From contig JBHGNT010000005.1 in the NCBI GenBank assembly GCA_043228905.1, positions 9,672,001-9,736,000 of the forward strand: a stretch of DNA of 64,000 nucleotides. The letters run 5' to 3'. The DNA comes from Azolla caroliniana (lineage: Eukaryota > Plantae > Polypodiophyta). How positions within the stretch are numbered: the stretch's first letter is position 1; the number at the start of each line of letters is the position of its first letter. The translations under genes and the position numbers were made by a program. This document shows positions 60,801-64,000 of this stretch, in pieces. Below the pieces are notes generated by a model, which was given only the letters and a program-made list of their open reading frames with translations, searched no databases and had not been told where the DNA came from.

Positions 60801-61087
60801 CCTTCTGTTGTGCGTGTGAGCCCTATTTCCTTCCCGTCCATAACCCCGGTGGTTCCGCCTCACGATCCACACATAGTAACGGATTTTCACGATAATGCCA
60901 CTATAGTCTTGTGCTCCTAGACCAATTAAGCTAAATGTTGGCAAGATCTCAAGTCTTACAATAGCATCCATACTCCAAAGTTAATGAAATTATAGTTTAT
61001 GAAATGGTAAAGTAGAATCACACAAATTATGTTTGTGATAATGTTTTTATTACATCTAACCTACGGGATTTGAAATAATAACCTAAG

Positions 61088-61433
61088 CCATAATGAAAGG
61101 TTGGATCGGTAGGCCGTTAGAGGCCTACGATCCTAGCCTAGTAGATATGCATGTTTTTGGGAGTTTGTATCATAGCTCGGTACGAGCATTGATGTACTAG
61201 TCAGTACTTCAGTGAGTCCTTTATGGACTTGTATAAATAGTGCTCAGAGAACACATTTCCATGTACAAAGTTTTTACAAAGTATTTTGAAATATAGTTTT
61301 TGTGTGTTCTACCCTCTTTGTCTCTCCTGCATACTCTATGTGTTTCAAGCTTTCCATTAAACCTTCATTCTGTTTTCTGTTCCTATCTGATAGAACCGGT
61401 TGTGTCTACAAGCTTCCGCACGCTATGTTTACA
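61088..61433 (+). repeat. Distal part of a Copia family-B-type LTR (probable continuation of the LTR starting at 51395)
   Basis: Collinear with 37845-38135 (AGGCCGTT..TTTTGGGAGTT..GAGCATTGA..GGACTTGTATAAA..GCTTCCGCACGCTA..TTTACA). Confidence 0.8.
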
Positions 61434-64000
61434 TAACATTTATAACCATTCTACTTGTCCGAGTAGTCGACCAAGATACACTTCTCGGCTTTGGCGTCTA
61501 GCTTCCTCCACTTCTCCTTCGGCACATGCACGTAGTCGATGCTACTAAACACCTCAAGTGTCCCAAATTTGGTATCTTTTCGAAGTACAACTCATGTGGT
61601 GACACTCCTCCATTTGTAAATGTCCGATTCTAAAGGTAGACGGCTGTCCGAACCACTTCGGCCCAGTAAAACTTCAGCATATGCTTTTCTTCAAGCATCA
61701 CCCATGCCACCTCCTCTATCATCCAGTTCTTCCGTTCGGCCACACCGTGCTTCTCTGGTGTGTATCTGCAAGAGAATTCCTGTCAAATCCCTTCCTTTTA
61801 GAGATAACTCGTGAACTGGTCAGAAAAGTACACCTTTCTGCCATCAAACCTTAGGCACTCGATCTTCCTTCCGGTTTCCCTTTCGGCAAGGCACTTCCCC
61901 TTTAGGAAACAGGAGAAGACTTAGCTCTTCTTTGCGATCAAGCACGCCCAAGTCTACCGAGTGTAGTCATCGATGATAGTTACAAAGTAACAGCTTCCTC
62001 CAATGCTCACGTTCTATGCCGGTCCCCATACATTTGAATGGATTAAGTCAAGATGATTCCGACGCCAATTTCGTTCATTGGGGAATGGAAGTCAGTGTTG
62101 CTTCCCTATCTGGTAGGTTTCACAAATGTGGTCATTCCAGGCACTAAATTTTGGTAATCTGAAAACAATGTTCCTTGTTTTCATTTCCCAAACCCACAGG
62201 AAGTTGACATGACCAAACCGTTTGTGCCATAGGTCAATATCCGACTCAACCTTTTTCCCTTTCGCGAACACTGCGGTGCAAACGTCGTTAGTGTCGATGA
62301 TGAACATCCTCCCGTCCCGGCGCCCTTGAGCGATGATTTGGCCTTCTTCCTCGATGAAGCACCCAAGATGTGTGAATCGAACTTGCATTCCCTTGTTGAC
62401 GATCTGGCCGACCGACACCAAGTTCTTTGTTATTGTCGGGATGTGTAGCACGTTCATAAGTTTCCCTTTCTGTCCGACATGGTTGACAAGAACTTCTGTG
62501 ACATGTACGATCGGGTGCAGAGTGTCGTCTCTGGTTTTGACCACTCCTAGTTGGTCCAGTTTCTCTAGATATGAGAACCATTCTTCATGCCTCGTCATAT
62601 GCTTTGACGCCCCGAAGTCAACGTACCACACCTCATCTGATTGTGTGGTGGACTTTTTCATCAAGTTTGCCTTGTGCTTCATCACAAAGGCTAGCCCTTT
62701 TCTGATCTTTCCGGTTCCGGATCCTTCCGATCCTTCAACGTAGTGTGACCTTTGCCAGCTCCCTTGCTCGGCCTTACCGGATCCGGATTTTTCCGAATCA
62801 ACACGCTTCTTCTAGCACTCACTCTCCTGGTGGCCTTTCTTGCCATAGTACCAACATTTTGAATCGGCCTTAGATTGCCAATTTTCAGCACCACCTTGAC
62901 TCCCCCTGCTCCCGGAGGGTTCAGAACTATTGTCGACATTATGATTATGCCTTTGGTTTTGCACTTGTCGGCCACCTCCATTGCATATCGACCCGCCTCA
63001 TCCACCATGACCACGGGGTCTATCTTCCTCCGTGTACAACATTTTGTTGTTGATGTGCATGCTTTTCGACGTACCTCTGTGGTTCTCTTCAACGAGAAGC
63101 ATCAATTGCAACTCGAAGAATGATGGCATACTCTCTATCTCATGTAGATTGCCATCCAGAATGATCCGAACTTAGATGCCAACCCACCGAGACAGACCTA
63201 CACCATTTCTTCATCCTCGACGATTACGTTGATGGAGGCGAGAGAGTCATAGATGTCTTTGATCTAGGAGGTGTAATCAGCCACCTCCATGTCTCTTTGT
63301 CAGGCGTTGCTCAGCTCTTGTCTGAGTTGTAGCTTTCTAGCTATGGTGCTTGTGGCGAATATATTCTTTAGATTTCCCCAAGACTCCTTTGGCATTTTGG
63401 CATCCCGGATGTAGCTTAGTAGTTGATCACCGATACTAGATGTGAAGCAATAGAAAACTTTTCTTGTCGCTTGTTCCCAAGTCAGAAAATCCTCGTGCGT
63501 CGAATCTGATGTTGCATCAATCACTCCTTCGACATAACTCCAGTATCCATGTCCGAGCAGGTACTGGTGCATTTTGTACGACAAGGATGTGTAGTTGTTT
63601 CTATCAAGCTTCTTCATCGGAAGAGAGATTCCCATACCTCTGTCCATTTCTCTTCTTATATGTTCTTACTGGGTGTTAGGTCTTGGTTTGTGTTGAAATC
63701 TCTTGTTGAGTAAAGGATGTTCTAACCCTTGTGCTCTGATACCATGTAAAGATAAATATGCAGAAACTAAGCATATCACAGTCCGCTCAGTCGAATAGCA
63801 ACAGAAACCACAGAGAATGGAATACACAAAGTAGGTGAGACAGACAGAGAGAGCAAGACAATGAACCTCTATTTCCAAAACGCTCTATAAAACTCTATGT
63901 ACATACAAATGTGCATCATAACACGTTTTATACAAGTCCTTAAAGGAGTGATAGAAGTACTGACAAGTACTTCAATGCTCATACTGAGCAATAGACACTA
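61434..64000 (-). mobile_element. Degenerate Copia (family B): 5' LTR from 63745 to the window edge, PBS 63733-63744, gag, PR, integrase part
   Basis: MDRGMGISLPMKKLDRNNY gag; VWYVDFGASKHM; LWHKRFGH; paralogous to 33455-35748. Confidence 0.92.

Larger units (their letters stand above)
56033..60894 (+). mobile_element. 4.86-kb unit bounded by Gypsy-clan LTR termini (expanded solo LTR or deleted element) inserted in the satellite
   Basis: Inverted termini TATCGTGA...TCACGATA; clan U5 motif GTCCATAACCCCGGTGGT near 60835; flanks ACGT/ATGC match a decayed duplicate of the satellite's ACGC; satellite phase resumes exactly. Confidence 0.75.

Overview
Eukaryotic plant heterochromatin-like DNA. The TE make-up looks bryophyte (Physcomitrium-like), which is my inference and not demonstrated. 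About 85% of the window is transposon-derived. 1-38135 is a five-level nest of Ty1/Copia and Ty3/Gypsy LTR retrotransposons whose junctions can be resolved by target-site duplications (TSDs), and it includes one Copia with an intact 1343-aa polyprotein. The only clearly intact host gene is an intron-less PHT1 phosphate transporter CDS (40860-42437) with a P1BS motif upstream. Then come a Copia remnant, a degraded L1 LINE, a chimeric Copia, and a ~303-bp satellite in which each unit carries an intron-containing tRNA-Tyr pseudogene. The satellite appears to sit inside a Copia LTR and is split by a 4.9-kb LTR-bounded unit carrying an RPL35 fragment. Top candidate for something new: a Gypsy element (16853-25906) with no polypurine tract (PPT). 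In its place is a copy of a tRNA-Arg 3' end (…GGGCGTGCCA) 2 nt from the 3' LTR, i.e. a second, inverted primer-binding site (PBS), suggesting tRNA priming of both DNA strands. Other notable signals: a Gypsy clan with CpG-centred 4-bp TSDs, a tRNA-Trp PBS and antisense tRNA-like Pol III boxes in its LTRs; one member with two dissimilar LTRs but a perfect TSD; and a very young non-coding LTR element holding an array of tetraloop hairpins.
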